In this document: positions 17,991-27,140 of the stretch, one piece after another
Numbering within the stretch: the first letter of the stretch is position 1
Layout of the letters: each line of letters begins with the position of its first letter
Virus record (IMG/VR): IMGVR_UViG_3300043414_000189
Span: 1-35,575 of that record
Strand: one strand, 5' to 3'
Source: a virus
Taxonomy: Duplodnaviria; Caudoviricetes
DNA length: 35,575 nt
The notes under the pieces: model-generated
Seen by the model: the letters and a program-made list of their open reading frames with translations, nothing else
Told to the model about the DNA's origin: nothing
The model's database searches: none
Position numbers and translations under genes: made by a program

Positions 17991-18241
17991 ACACCACTTT
18001 TAACTTCAATCCAGACGACAAGCGTATGCAACTTGCTGCGCTACTGCAAGATCCGACACAGCCGTATCAGCGAGCCAAGAATACGATGGGCGCCCCCAGC
18101 TCAGGCGGTGGCATGGGCGGGCTTAATGACATGATGATGAAGATGATGATGCAGAAAGCTGGAACGCAGCCCGGCGCCCCCGTTGTTGATCGGTCTGCAC
18201 CATACGATCCGAATTCCCAAAACTTTACGCCGTCTTACTAG
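17987..18241 (+). CDS. Small hypothetical protein (possible ejection protein)
   Basis: 84 aa, Met/Gly-rich, ATGA-coupled. Confidence 0.6.
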   Translation: MNTTFNFNPDDKRMQLAALLQDPTQPYQRAKNTMGAPSSGGGMGGLNDMMMKMMMQKAGTQPGAPVVDRSAPYDPNSQNFTPSY

Positions 18242-18250
18242 AGGCTCAAA

Positions 18251-19951
18251 ATGGCCGCTTCCGACTTTCAGAATCAAAATCTAACGCACGCTTTCAACCT
18301 GCCCAGCCCATACCAGGCTGATTTGGCAAAGATCGCCCAGCAGCAAAAGATGGCCGAGCTGTTGCAAGCGCAATCCATACAGCCCACAGAGCGTTACAGC
18401 TATAAGGGTATAGAGGCGCACACGCCAGCGACTGCGGGGCTTGCCAAGATACTGCAGGCAATGGGCGGGGCTTATTTGCAGAAACAGGGGCTTGAGGAAC
18501 AGAAGGCGCTGGGGGAAAGGTATCGTGCAGATCAATCTGCCGATTTTACCAATCTTGCAAAAATGCTAACTGCGCCTGCTGTTGCTGGTTCTGCTGCTGT
18601 TCCAGAAAGATTTGCTGAATTGCCAACAACGCCGTTTGATGACGAAGGCAATCCCATGCCAGGCGTATCGGCTGCACCTGCAATTCCTGCTGTTGCATCG
18701 CGCAGAGCTGGGCAAATTGATCCTGAAATGATTGGGCAATTTAAAACGCCAGAAACGCAACAAATGGCAATGGCGCAACTGTTGGCACAGATTGGTCCTA
18801 AAACTCCAATCAAAGCAGCTGCTGGCGATGTATTTTTTGATGCACAAGGTCGGGAACTTTTCCGCGCACCAGACAAAAAAGAATATGGCACAACGCCACA
18901 ATATGAAAAAGATGATACAAGCCCGACTGGTTATGTTGCGGTTCTGTATGGAAAAAATGGCGAGCGCAAAGTCGTGGGGCCAGCAAACCCAATGAACCAA
19001 TTTACAACAGGAAGTGTCGACGCACAGGCAAAACTTGCACAAGATCGTGCAATATCAGATCGAAACTTCAATCAATTATCTGCTAATCAACAAGCGCAAT
19101 TTAAAAATGAAGGGGCCAGACTTGGCATTAGCGCAGAGCAATTGTTTTTTGATACAGGCGTGCGCGCTGGCGGCGCTGCAATGCCGCCTGCTACTGGCCC
19201 TAGTTATTTGCCTGTTCCTACTGCCGCAGGGGCCGCACCTGCTGCGCCGGGTATGCCGCCAGCAGCTCGGCCTGTTGGTCAACCTGTGCCTAGTGCCGCG
19301 CCTGTGCAAGCCGCGCCTCGTATCGGCATGGCGCCAGCTCGTCCTGCTCAACCAACTGTTGCGTTTGCGCCTAATGCGGTTGGTCCTACTGGTCAAGCTG
19401 TGCAATCAAATCAACCTAATGTTATTCAAACCGCTGTCGGTCCTGTTCAATTAAGTGGGAGAGAACGTCAAAGATTAGCGGGTGCTACACTTGAAGCGCA
19501 ACAAAAGAAAGAACAAGGAATGTCTGGTCTTGGTGAAACCATTACTGAAGCCCGACAAATATTGACTGGCACAGATCCATTGACCGGAATGCCTGGACAA
19601 AAACCATTGCCTACCGCCAGCGGTGCCGGCAGTCTTGTTGATTATTTAGGAAATATTGGTGGTGTGGCACCTAGAGGGCAAAACGAAGCAAAACGACTTG
19701 AAGTTATTGCTGCAATATTGACATCAAAAGTGCCAAGAATGGAAGGTCCGCAATCTGATAGAGATGTTGAGCTTTACAAAAAAGCGTCTGGTGATGCTGG
19801 CAATTCTGGTTTGCCAATTAGCACCAGACTTGCTGCATTAGATACCATGCAAAAACTTTATGGAAAATATGAACGGTTCAACGCGCCCGCGGCAAATCAG
19901 CAAACGCAATCACCGCAATCAAATCAGCGTAGATACACGGTGGATTATTAA
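18251..19951 (+). CDS. Internal virion / ejection protein
   Basis: 566 aa; QQQKMAELLQAQ start; Pro/Ala-rich linker; GPQSDRD motif. Confidence 0.65.
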   Translation: MAASDFQNQNLTHAFNLPSPYQADLAKIAQQQKMAELLQAQSIQPTERYSYKGIEAHTPATAGLAKILQAMGGAYLQKQGLEEQKALGERYRADQSADFTNLAKMLTAPAVAGSAAVPERFAELPTTPFDDEGNPMPGVSAAPAIPAVASRRAGQIDPEMIGQFKTPETQQMAMAQLLAQIGPKTPIKAAAGDVFFDAQGRELFRAPDKKEYGTTPQYEKDDTSPTGYVAVLYGKNGERKVVGPANPMNQFTTGSVDAQAKLAQDRAISDRNFNQLSANQQAQFKNEGARLGISAEQLFFDTGVRAGGAAMPPATGPSYLPVPTAAGAAPAAPGMPPAARPVGQPVPSAAPVQAAPRIGMAPARPAQPTVAFAPNAVGPTGQAVQSNQPNVIQTAVGPVQLSGRERQRLAGATLEAQQKKEQGMSGLGETITEARQILTGTDPLTGMPGQKPLPTASGAGSLVDYLGNIGGVAPRGQNEAKRLEVIAAILTSKVPRMEGPQSDRDVELYKKASGDAGNSGLPISTRLAALDTMQKLYGKYERFNAPAANQQTQSPQSNQRRYTVDY

Positions 19952-21547
19952 ATGGCTTACGAGATTGAAACAAAAGACGGCATTGTTATCAGGAATATTC
20001 CAGATAACATCAAGCCCGATGATCCTAGCGTAAAAGCAAAAGTCACCAATGCCAGACAGGCCCGCATGGCAGAACAGGGCGCCACTGGTGAGCAACTCTC
20101 TGCACCCGGCATCAATCCAACTGAAGGCATGAGCACCGGGCAACGTTTTTTAGCAGGCACAGGCAAAGCATTTTCGGACATTGGCCGCGGCGTTGGGCAG
20201 CTCGTTGGCGCTGTTCCGCAATCTACCATTGATGAATCGGCAAGGCTGGATAAGCCGTTAATGAATACCGGCGCAGGAATGGCCGGTAATATTGTTGGCA
20301 ACGTGGCCGCATTGGCGCCCACTATGATGATCCCAGGCGCCAACACAATGGCGGGCGCCACAATCGGCGGCGGCTTATTGGGCGCCGCGCAGCCAGTCGA
20401 AACAGGACAATCAAGAGCACAAAACATTGGAACTGGCGCATTAGGGGGCGCTTTAGGTCAAGGCGTTGCTAATGTAATCGGCCGCGTAATCCGTCCTGTG
20501 CAGTCGCAGCTCACGCCCGAAATATCCGCATTAGCATCTAAAGCTGAAAATGTTTACGGCATTCCTTTGACCGCAGCAGATAAAACAGGATCAAGGCCGT
20601 TAAAAATTATTGAATCGGTTTTGGATCAATTGCCTTTAACTGCCGACCGTCAGGCATTGGCAAAAGAATTGCAACGATCTGCATTCAATAAAGCGGCGCT
20701 TGAAACAATTGGTGAATCTAGCACTAAGGCAACGCCCGAAGTGCTAAATGCGGCACGCACAAGGATTGGCGAATCGTTTAATGATCTATCGGGCAGGAAT
20801 ACTGTAACGCTTGCCGATGATTTTCTTGATTCATTGATAAACATTGAAAGCGGAATTAATCCGTTTACCAAGCCAGCAGTGCGTGAAGCAATAGACAAAG
20901 GGCTTGAACTTGCAACGCAAAAAACAATCAGCGGCAAGGATTATCAAAAGATCAGATCAACGCTTGGCAAACAGGGGAATGATGCGTTTGCCTCTGGCAA
21001 CAGCGAGCTGGGTCAAGCCTTAAAATCCCTTAAAGCTGGTCTGGATGATGCCGCGACTGGATCTGTGTCAGTAGCAGATAAAAATGCGTGGAATCTTGCT
21101 CGTAAGCAATGGCAGTCTTTAAAGGTTGTTGAAAAAGCTGCGGCGCCGACTTCTGCTGATGCTGTAGCCGGTAATGTATCACCGGCAAAGCTGGCGCAGG
21201 CGTTAATGTCTGTTGACAAAAAAGGATTTACTTACGGCACCAGCAATCAAACTTTGGGCGATATAGCTAGAATTGGTCAAGCTTTCGTTAAAGAACAGAT
21301 CCCAAATTCTGGAACCGCGCAACGCAGCTTTTATCAGAAATTGATGAACAATCCTATTACCGCAGTAATGGAGGGCGGCGTTGGTGGTTTGTCTGTGCCT
21401 ATGCAAAGAATTATGCAAAGTAAAGCAGGCCAGGCGTATTTGGGGCAGGGTCCGGTATCAGCAAAAACACTTGCACTTGCAAGAAAACTGCGTGAGGGCG
21501 CCGGTATTGTTGGCGGCGCCGCGTTACCGGGTTATGTGGAACAATAA
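19952..21547 (+). CDS. Internal virion / ejection protein
   Basis: 531 aa; Gly/Ala-rich hydrophobic segments; PNSGTAQR motif. Confidence 0.65.
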   Translation: MAYEIETKDGIVIRNIPDNIKPDDPSVKAKVTNARQARMAEQGATGEQLSAPGINPTEGMSTGQRFLAGTGKAFSDIGRGVGQLVGAVPQSTIDESARLDKPLMNTGAGMAGNIVGNVAALAPTMMIPGANTMAGATIGGGLLGAAQPVETGQSRAQNIGTGALGGALGQGVANVIGRVIRPVQSQLTPEISALASKAENVYGIPLTAADKTGSRPLKIIESVLDQLPLTADRQALAKELQRSAFNKAALETIGESSTKATPEVLNAARTRIGESFNDLSGRNTVTLADDFLDSLINIESGINPFTKPAVREAIDKGLELATQKTISGKDYQKIRSTLGKQGNDAFASGNSELGQALKSLKAGLDDAATGSVSVADKNAWNLARKQWQSLKVVEKAAAPTSADAVAGNVSPAKLAQALMSVDKKGFTYGTSNQTLGDIARIGQAFVKEQIPNSGTAQRSFYQKLMNNPITAVMEGGVGGLSVPMQRIMQSKAGQAYLGQGPVSAKTLALARKLREGAGIVGGAALPGYVEQ

Positions 21548-21595
21548 AATTGGTAATTTCCGCGCAGACTGTTACAAAATAAAGGAGTAAAAACA

Positions 21596-22735
21596 GTGTC
21601 CTATAATGGTTCGGGAACTTTTAACATCAACACAGCGGGCCAGCCTGTAGTCACCGGCACCGTCATTTCATCCACCGCTTTTAACGCCCTTACCGCGGAT
21701 CTGGGCACCGGGCTGTCTACTGCACTTACGAAAGACGGCCAGACGGTTGCAACAGCCAGGATACCGTTTGCACAGGGCATCAACAGCAGTCTGGTCACAG
21801 ACGCCACGAGCACGACGACAGGCTCGATCATCACCGCGGGCGGTGTGGGCATTGCGAAGGCGTTGTATGTGGGCACGACTTTAAACGTAACCGGTGCATC
21901 CACATTGGCTGGTATCACCGGCACATTTAACGGCACCGTAGGCGCAACCACCCCATCAACGGGTGCGTTTACGACGCTGAGTGCGACGGCGACAAATGCG
22001 GGTATTACGATTAATACCGTTGCAAACACAAATTTTGGACAACTTAATTTTAATACAACTAATGGCGTTTTGTTTCAAGCGTTTGATTCAGCTTACGCCA
22101 CAAGCGGCTCGGCAATGGCAAACAGTTTGCGTATTTATTCTACTGGCGCAAATGGCGTTAATGTAGTCGATACCGCTAGTGGTGGGCTAAATTATTACGA
22201 TAGCGCAACAAAAGCTGTTGGTATTAGCCCCTCGGGTTTAAAAATGTTTGCGGGTTATAACATTGGTGTTGGTGCCGCAACCCCAACTACTTCCGGTGCT
22301 GGCATCACCTTTCCCGCAACACAGTCCGCATCGACAGACGCGAATACGCTGGATGATTATGAGGAGGGAACGTGGACACCTGCTATGTCAACAACAACAG
22401 GTTCTATTTCTTTTTCTTCCGCTTCTGGAACTTATACAAAAATTGGCAGAATGGTTTATGTGAGGGGAAGTTTTGGTGGAACCGTAACAATTAGTTCACC
22501 AACTGGAGATTTAAAATTAACTAGTTTGCCCTTTACAATTGGATCACCAGAAGTCGGCGCAGGTTCTACAGCGCCTTACAATATGTCCGCTGGCGCATAT
22601 TTTATAACTTTAGAAACAATTGGTGGAACAACGACCGCATACATATTTAATTTTGCAAATGGAACAAGAAGTAGCGCACACAGTTATTTTCAAACTGGTT
22701 GTGCATTAAATATTTCTATGTGTTATCAAATTTAA
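21596..22735 (+). CDS. Tail fiber / receptor-binding protein
   Basis: MSYNGSGTF anchor; GITFPATQSAS.DANTLDDYEEGTWTP and G.YTKIGR.V motifs; GTG start with AAGGAG. Confidence 0.8.
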   Translation: MSYNGSGTFNINTAGQPVVTGTVISSTAFNALTADLGTGLSTALTKDGQTVATARIPFAQGINSSLVTDATSTTTGSIITAGGVGIAKALYVGTTLNVTGASTLAGITGTFNGTVGATTPSTGAFTTLSATATNAGITINTVANTNFGQLNFNTTNGVLFQAFDSAYATSGSAMANSLRIYSTGANGVNVVDTASGGLNYYDSATKAVGISPSGLKMFAGYNIGVGAATPTTSGAGITFPATQSASTDANTLDDYEEGTWTPAMSTTTGSISFSSASGTYTKIGRMVYVRGSFGGTVTISSPTGDLKLTSLPFTIGSPEVGAGSTAPYNMSAGAYFITLETIGGTTTAYIFNFANGTRSSAHSYFQTGCALNISMCYQI

Positions 22736-22755
22736 CTACACCGGATTAGTGTAGT
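22735..22755 (+). other. 7-bp hairpin immediately after the tail fiber stop
   Basis: ACTACAC-cggatta-GTGTAGT. Confidence 0.45.
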
Positions 22756-22772
22756 CAGACAAGGAGAAACAA

Positions 22773-23024
22773 ATGAGCATTACCAAAGAAACCGTAGTTG
22801 ACCAGATTACCGTCACCGAAAACGGCATCATCTTATACCGTGAAGCTACGCGCATCATCGAAGATGGCACCGAATTGACTAAGACCTACCACCGCAGCAG
22901 CTTGACACCAGCGCAAGACCTGACGGGTGTGCCGGAAAAGGTTGTGGCGATCTGCAACACGGCGTGGACACAGGAAGTAATCGACGCCTACAAAGCCTCA
23001 TTGCCGAAAGAAGAAGCTGCGTAA
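22773..23024 (+). CDS. Tail fiber-associated small protein
   Basis: 83 aa, AAGGAG SD, directly after the fiber gene. Confidence 0.65.
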   Translation: MSITKETVVDQITVTENGIILYREATRIIEDGTELTKTYHRSSLTPAQDLTGVPEKVVAICNTAWTQEVIDAYKASLPKEEAA

Positions 23025-23032
23025 GGATCAAC

Positions 23033-23203
23033 ATGATGGCATCTGTCACAGAAATTGAAGGCCGCGTGAACACGCATGAAGCTGTTTGCGAACTGCGGTA
23101 TGAAAGCATCAACGCTCGTTTAAAGCGCATTGAAGCCGTTGGCCTGACGGCGGCGGGTGCCATCATTATGTTGTTATTGCATCTTGTGACAAAGGCGGGG
23201 TAG
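23033..23203 (+). CDS. Small coiled-coil protein with a C-terminal transmembrane segment
   Basis: HEAVC..RYE.I..RL.RIE followed by a hydrophobic tail. Confidence 0.65.
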   Translation: MMASVTEIEGRVNTHEAVCELRYESINARLKRIEAVGLTAAGAIIMLLLHLVTKAG

Positions 23204-23746
23204 ATGATTAAATTCCTGACGTTGTTATTGTTCTCGACCAACGCGCTCGCCGGTGGCGTTAATCTAATGATGTGCAATGGCGAGTTTGCCTTGTGTGCAG
23301 CCTCGGCCAGCGTGCCGACCGGCAAGACGATCCGCGTAGACGGTAAAGAATTCCAAGAGGGCATGGCCGTCTGTCCGGTGCTGACCGGCAAATCCATTGC
23401 CAATGCGGATTTGATGAAGGGTAGCTGCAAAGCACCGCCGGGTAAGGTCTGGTCGTTGTTCTCAACGATCACCGAATACCCGCAGGCGCCGTCTTGGGCG
23501 GTGGTCACCATGACACCCAGGACGTTTGTCACCACGACCGCAGCCGGTGGGGGCATGTCAAACCAGTGGTCGTTTCTGTGTGACAAGCAAGCCAAAAAGG
23601 TCAACGGCGTGCAGCTCGCCAACTGCTACGGGCCGATCAACGAAAGCCCGTGGAATAACGGCCATGTGCCGCCGGGCAGCACTTCGTTCACCGCAGCGCC
23701 GGTCGGGGCGGCAAATCCCGTTGGCGGCAATGTGCCGAGCAAATAA
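23204..23746 (+). CDS. Secreted Cys-rich hypothetical protein
   Basis: Signal peptide MIKFLTLLLFSTNALA-G; six Cys. Confidence 0.7.
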   Translation: MIKFLTLLLFSTNALAGGVNLMMCNGEFALCAASASVPTGKTIRVDGKEFQEGMAVCPVLTGKSIANADLMKGSCKAPPGKVWSLFSTITEYPQAPSWAVVTMTPRTFVTTTAAGGGMSNQWSFLCDKQAKKVNGVQLANCYGPINESPWNNGHVPPGSTSFTAAPVGAANPVGGNVPSK

Positions 23747-24144
23747 TGTTCCCTCTCGCCGCAGTCCTAGACATCGGCAGCAAGCTAGTCGATAAGTTTT
23801 TCCCCGATCCGCAGCAAGCTGAACAGGCCAAGCTCAAACTGTTGGATATGCAGCAGAATGGCGAACTGGCGCAGCTCAACGCCGATGTAGCCGAGCAGCA
23901 CGAGCTGACCGAGCGCCTTAAAGCCGACATGGGCAGCGATTCGTGGCTGTCGAAGAACATTCGCCCCATGACATTGATTGCAATCCTCATTGGCTATTTT
24001 ACGTTTGCCGGATTGTCAGCAGCTAAGATCGACGTTAACGAGAGCTACGTGCAACTGCTTGGTCAATGGGGTATGTTGATAATGTCATTCTATTTTGGCG
24101 GCAGAACGCTTGAAAAGATCATGGACATGCAGGCCAAGAAATGA
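23746..24144 (+). CDS. Holin (3TM / GTA-holin-like)
   Basis: DK.FPDP, SDSWLSKNIRP, two transmembrane segments, FYFGGRTLEK. Confidence 0.75.
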   Translation: MFPLAAVLDIGSKLVDKFFPDPQQAEQAKLKLLDMQQNGELAQLNADVAEQHELTERLKADMGSDSWLSKNIRPMTLIAILIGYFTFAGLSAAKIDVNESYVQLLGQWGMLIMSFYFGGRTLEKIMDMQAKK

Positions 24145-24371
24145 AAGAAAAGCTCACTTTTGTAGTGACGACGATGGTGAGTTTTACCCTGTGCGTGGTC
24201 ATCGTTGGGATGGTTTTTGCTCTGTGCGTTGGACTCTTTGACAAAGAAGTGAACAACGAGGACATTTTCAAATTATTAGCCCCTGCGTTTCAAACCATCA
24301 TAGGCGGGTTCATTGGCTTACTGGCGGGAATAAAATTCTCAAACTCAAGCGAGGGTAACGATGTTAAGTAA
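24141..24371 (+). CDS. Small two-TM membrane protein
   Basis: Two hydrophobic helices, located in the lysis cassette. Confidence 0.65.
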   Translation: MKEKLTFVVTTMVSFTLCVVIVGMVFALCVGLFDKEVNNEDIFKLLAPAFQTIIGGFIGLLAGIKFSNSSEGNDVK

Positions 24372-24873
24372 CTGGCCTGCATCACTGGCGCTAATCTTAA
24401 AATCAGAAGGCGGCTTTGTGAATCATCCGCGAGATCCCGGCGGCATGACTAACCTCGGCGTGACGCGCAACGTCTGGCGCGACTGGGTTAAGCATGACGT
24501 TGACGAGGCAGAGATGCGCTCACTAACGCCCGAGCTGGTGACGCCGTTGTATAAACAACGCTATTGGGATGCTTGCAAGTGCGACGATCTGCCTCGAGGC
24601 GTTGACTACGCAGTATTCGACTCTGCCGTAAATATGGGGCCAGGACGCGCCGCAAAGCTGCTGCAAACGGCTTTGGGCGTAACCGCTGATGGCAGTATCG
24701 GCAGGGCCACGATCGCTGCTGCGACCGCTGCCGATCCCGTTGAATTGTTGGAAGCCTTCAGCCTGGGCAAAGAGGCGTTTTACCAATCCCTGCCGACTTT
24801 TGCGACGTTCGGCAGGGGGTGGCTAAATCGTGTGGCGCACGTGCAAGATGCGGCAGAACAGATGATGGGCTAG
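24361..24873 (+). CDS. Endolysin, glycoside hydrolase family 108 with peptidoglycan-binding domain
   Basis: EGGFVNHPRDPGG.TNLGVT, FD.AVN.G, FGRGWLNRV. Confidence 0.9.
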   Translation: MLSNWPASLALILKSEGGFVNHPRDPGGMTNLGVTRNVWRDWVKHDVDEAEMRSLTPELVTPLYKQRYWDACKCDDLPRGVDYAVFDSAVNMGPGRAAKLLQTALGVTADGSIGRATIAAATAADPVELLEAFSLGKEAFYQSLPTFATFGRGWLNRVAHVQDAAEQMMG

Positions 24874-25499
24874 GTTTTTTCTTTAAGGTCATAAAACCAG
24901 TCATCACCGGCAGACCATTTGCGTGTGCCGTCTACCGTCCATAGTCTTTGTGCTGCTTGGAAATCGGGGAATTTAGTCTCGGCAGGAATCAGGCTCTGGT
25001 CATACCACAGGCAACGGTTGTTCGGCTGGCAGGCAAACTGCCCATTTTCCAAAGCAATCCAGTTGAACGATTTGTGTTCCTCGGCCTGCTCTGTAAAGCC
25101 GGTGTCTAACGTCATTTCGTCAGCGCAGAAATCTACGGTAAACAGATAGCGCCCGAAGTGCCACTGTTTGTCTTTGCCCAAGAACTTCACGCCTAGATTA
25201 CGCAGGCCAATCTTTTCAATGACAGTAAATTGATACCCCATGCAATCCCACAACTGCAACACATCAACCGGCAGGTTGCCAGCGTCTTTGTGCCACACGT
25301 AAGCGTGGATCGGTAGCTTGTCATACAGCGCACCGTAGGCTGGCAACAGTGACTCAATGCGAAACACCTGACCGCGCAGGGCTTTTAGGCTTACCCATAT
25401 AGCCGGTTCTAATTCGTTATGGCCCTTGTGGTCGTTGTATAGAAACTCCCGTTTCACAAAGCATTTCAAAGGTGGCAACGACGCCACGATATAACTCAT
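24870..25499 (-). CDS. Conserved phage hypothetical protein
   Basis: 209 aa; GALYDKLP, LQLWDC, YLFTVD, EHKS, NGQFA.QPNNR. Confidence 0.75.
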   Translation of the reverse strand: MSYIVASLPPLKCFVKREFLYNDHKGHNELEPAIWVSLKALRGQVFRIESLLPAYGALYDKLPIHAYVWHKDAGNLPVDVLQLWDCMGYQFTVIEKIGLRNLGVKFLGKDKQWHFGRYLFTVDFCADEMTLDTGFTEQAEEHKSFNWIALENGQFACQPNNRCLWYDQSLIPAETKFPDFQAAQRLWTVDGTRKWSAGDDWFYDLKEKT

Positions 25500-25867
25500 G
25501 TGTTCTTCTCCCGCAGCTTGGCCTGAACGTCTGCTGCAAACTTACCCCAACCACTTAGTTTCATACCTTCTTCTTGATACTTAGCGTGTTCTTGATACAG
25601 CCGCAATATTTCCTCGTCCGTCAGCCCAACCCATTCCCGTGTATGGGCCATCGCAATCATGGCTCGATAGCATTCTTTCCAATCCTGAAGCTCATCTGTT
25701 GCGCTGTACGCATGTTGGAATGCTCTTACGCCGTTCAGCACCATTTCCTGCGTTGGTTCGCGAGGAACCATAACGTAATCATCCATTGTTCTCCTTAATG
25801 GCATTTGCCGACATCCACCTTTTTTTGTATACCCGCAGTCGCATCCGCAGCTTGGACATTGTTTCAT
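25496..25867 (-). CDS. Modular hypothetical protein (VPREPT..M; WVGLTDEE...AKLREKNT)
   Basis: ATGA-coupled; shares its C-terminal module with 25864-26412. Confidence 0.7.
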   Translation of the reverse strand: MKQCPSCGCDCGYTKKGGCRQMPLRRTMDDYVMVPREPTQEMVLNGVRAFQHAYSATDELQDWKECYRAMIAMAHTREWVGLTDEEILRLYQEHAKYQEEGMKLSGWGKFAADVQAKLREKNT

Positions 25868-26412
25868 GTGTTCTTCTCCCGCAGCTTGGCTTCAATAGCG
25901 TTAGCAAATACACGAAACCCTGCCCCCGCTGTAAGGTGTGAAGGTTCTAATTTATCGTATCCGTAATACCCCATTGCTTTTTTAATCATTGGTTGAAACT
26001 CCCTATCCGTCAGCCCAGCCCACGGGCGTTGAACTGTTAAGGAATCCTTAATAGCTGGTTCCGCAAGCGCGGCTTTGGGCTTCCATCTTCCATGCACTTT
26101 TCCCCATTCGCGATGGTCATGTCTGCGAACATTCTCACCGTGTTTGTCAGAATAATTCATCAACCAACTGTCAGCCCCGTTGTGTCCTACTGGGTATTTT
26201 TGTTTTATCAGAATAGACGCCCAATACAGCGCAGAAATCACAGACGCATCTTCAAACGGGTGCGCCACAGGTTTCTGTTCATCTGGTTCCGCAAGCGCGG
26301 CACGTAAAGCATTTGCACGTCCTTCAGCGCAATACCATTCTCCGTTCCTAAGCATGTAATCCATTGCGCTTAGGGCCGCTTTCGCGGCGGCTCTCAGTTT
26401 TTCAGTCATCAT
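25864..26412 (-). CDS. Modular hypothetical protein (AALAEP x2; WAGLTD.E...AKLREKNT)
   Basis: ATGA-coupled; internal repeated motifs. Confidence 0.7.
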   Translation of the reverse strand: MMTEKLRAAAKAALSAMDYMLRNGEWYCAEGRANALRAALAEPDEQKPVAHPFEDASVISALYWASILIKQKYPVGHNGADSWLMNYSDKHGENVRRHDHREWGKVHGRWKPKAALAEPAIKDSLTVQRPWAGLTDREFQPMIKKAMGYYGYDKLEPSHLTAGAGFRVFANAIEAKLREKNT

Positions 26413-26639
26413 TCACCCTTTCTGATTGCTGCGGCTGCGGACATTAGCCACCAATCCACTTTCCCTGAATTACCGTTGGCGCGTTTCTCGCACACCTTCG
26501 CGCACCGTTCACGCTCTTTCGATACAGCCTCTGCAAGTTCGCGCTCAAGCCGGTCAATCTTTGCAGTCAGGTGTGCGTATCCTTGTGGCTTGTCAAACTG
26601 GGGGTCGTAGTGCGCCCCCACATCGGTTATTTTAATCAT
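26409..26639 (-). CDS. Hypothetical protein (ERERCAKVC...AAAIR)
   Basis: ATGA overlaps at both ends. Confidence 0.65.
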   Translation of the reverse strand: MIKITDVGAHYDPQFDKPQGYAHLTAKIDRLERELAEAVSKERERCAKVCEKRANGNSGKVDWWLMSAAAAIRKGE

Positions 26640-26743
26640 CGCATCACCGCTGCCATGCCGATGATGACCAGCACGACAATCAAAATGCCGATCCTGCCGC
26701 AATCTGCAACTCCTTGTGTATAACCTTCATCAAAGCCGCTCAT
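26636..26743 (-). CDS. 35-aa membrane peptide (not in the ORF track)
   Basis: MSGFDEGYTQGVADCGRIGILIVVLVIIGMAAVMR*; ATGA overlaps on both sides. Confidence 0.6.
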   Translation of the reverse strand: MSGFDEGYTQGVADCGRIGILIVVLVIIGMAAVMR

Positions 26744-26880
26744 TTTTTAGCCTTATTAACTTTAGCTTTGCGCTTGTAAACTTTCATGCGGTCTTTAAGG
26801 CCGTCTGCCGACGTGTGCGTCGTGGCGCTGTGGTATTTGAACTTCTTGTCCGTTAATTTCAATGCCAGTTTTTCAGTCAT
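26740..26880 (-). CDS. 46-aa basic protein (not in the ORF track)
   Basis: MTEKLALKLTDKKFKY...KAKK*; ATGA overlaps on both sides. Confidence 0.6.
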   Translation of the reverse strand: MTEKLALKLTDKKFKYHSATTHTSADGLKDRMKVYKRKAKVNKAKK

Positions 26881-27140
26881 GATTTCCTCTCATTCCAGCG
26901 TTGGATCGCAACCTCGAGGGGCTGGTCCGTATCGTGGTGGGGGCCGATCACCTGACATTCTTCGCAGCAGATGGCGATCACATTGGGTTTCACTTCGTCG
27001 ACCACCACATCCTCATTGCCGCAAAACGGGCAGGGCAGGATGACGATCTTCTGTTTGCTGCGTTTTTCCCTGGCTGTTTCCCAGCGGTCGAGATCCTGGC
27101 TAAATTCGCGCTCAAGCTGGTCAAAGGCGTTTGTGCTCAT
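26877..27140 (-). CDS. Lar-family (restriction alleviation-like) zinc-binding protein
   Basis: LPCPFCG...CEEC...AIQRWN.R. Confidence 0.7.
   Translation of the reverse strand: MSTNAFDQLEREFSQDLDRWETAREKRSKQKIVILPCPFCGNEDVVVDEVKPNVIAICCEECQVIGPHHDTDQPLEVAIQRWNERKS

Noticed and set aside
1398-24786. Numerous minus-strand ORFs across the structural region (e.g. 1398-2063, 4527-5123, 22879-23622)
   Set aside because: They are antisense shadows of well-supported, tightly coupled plus-strand genes, with no motifs or SDs
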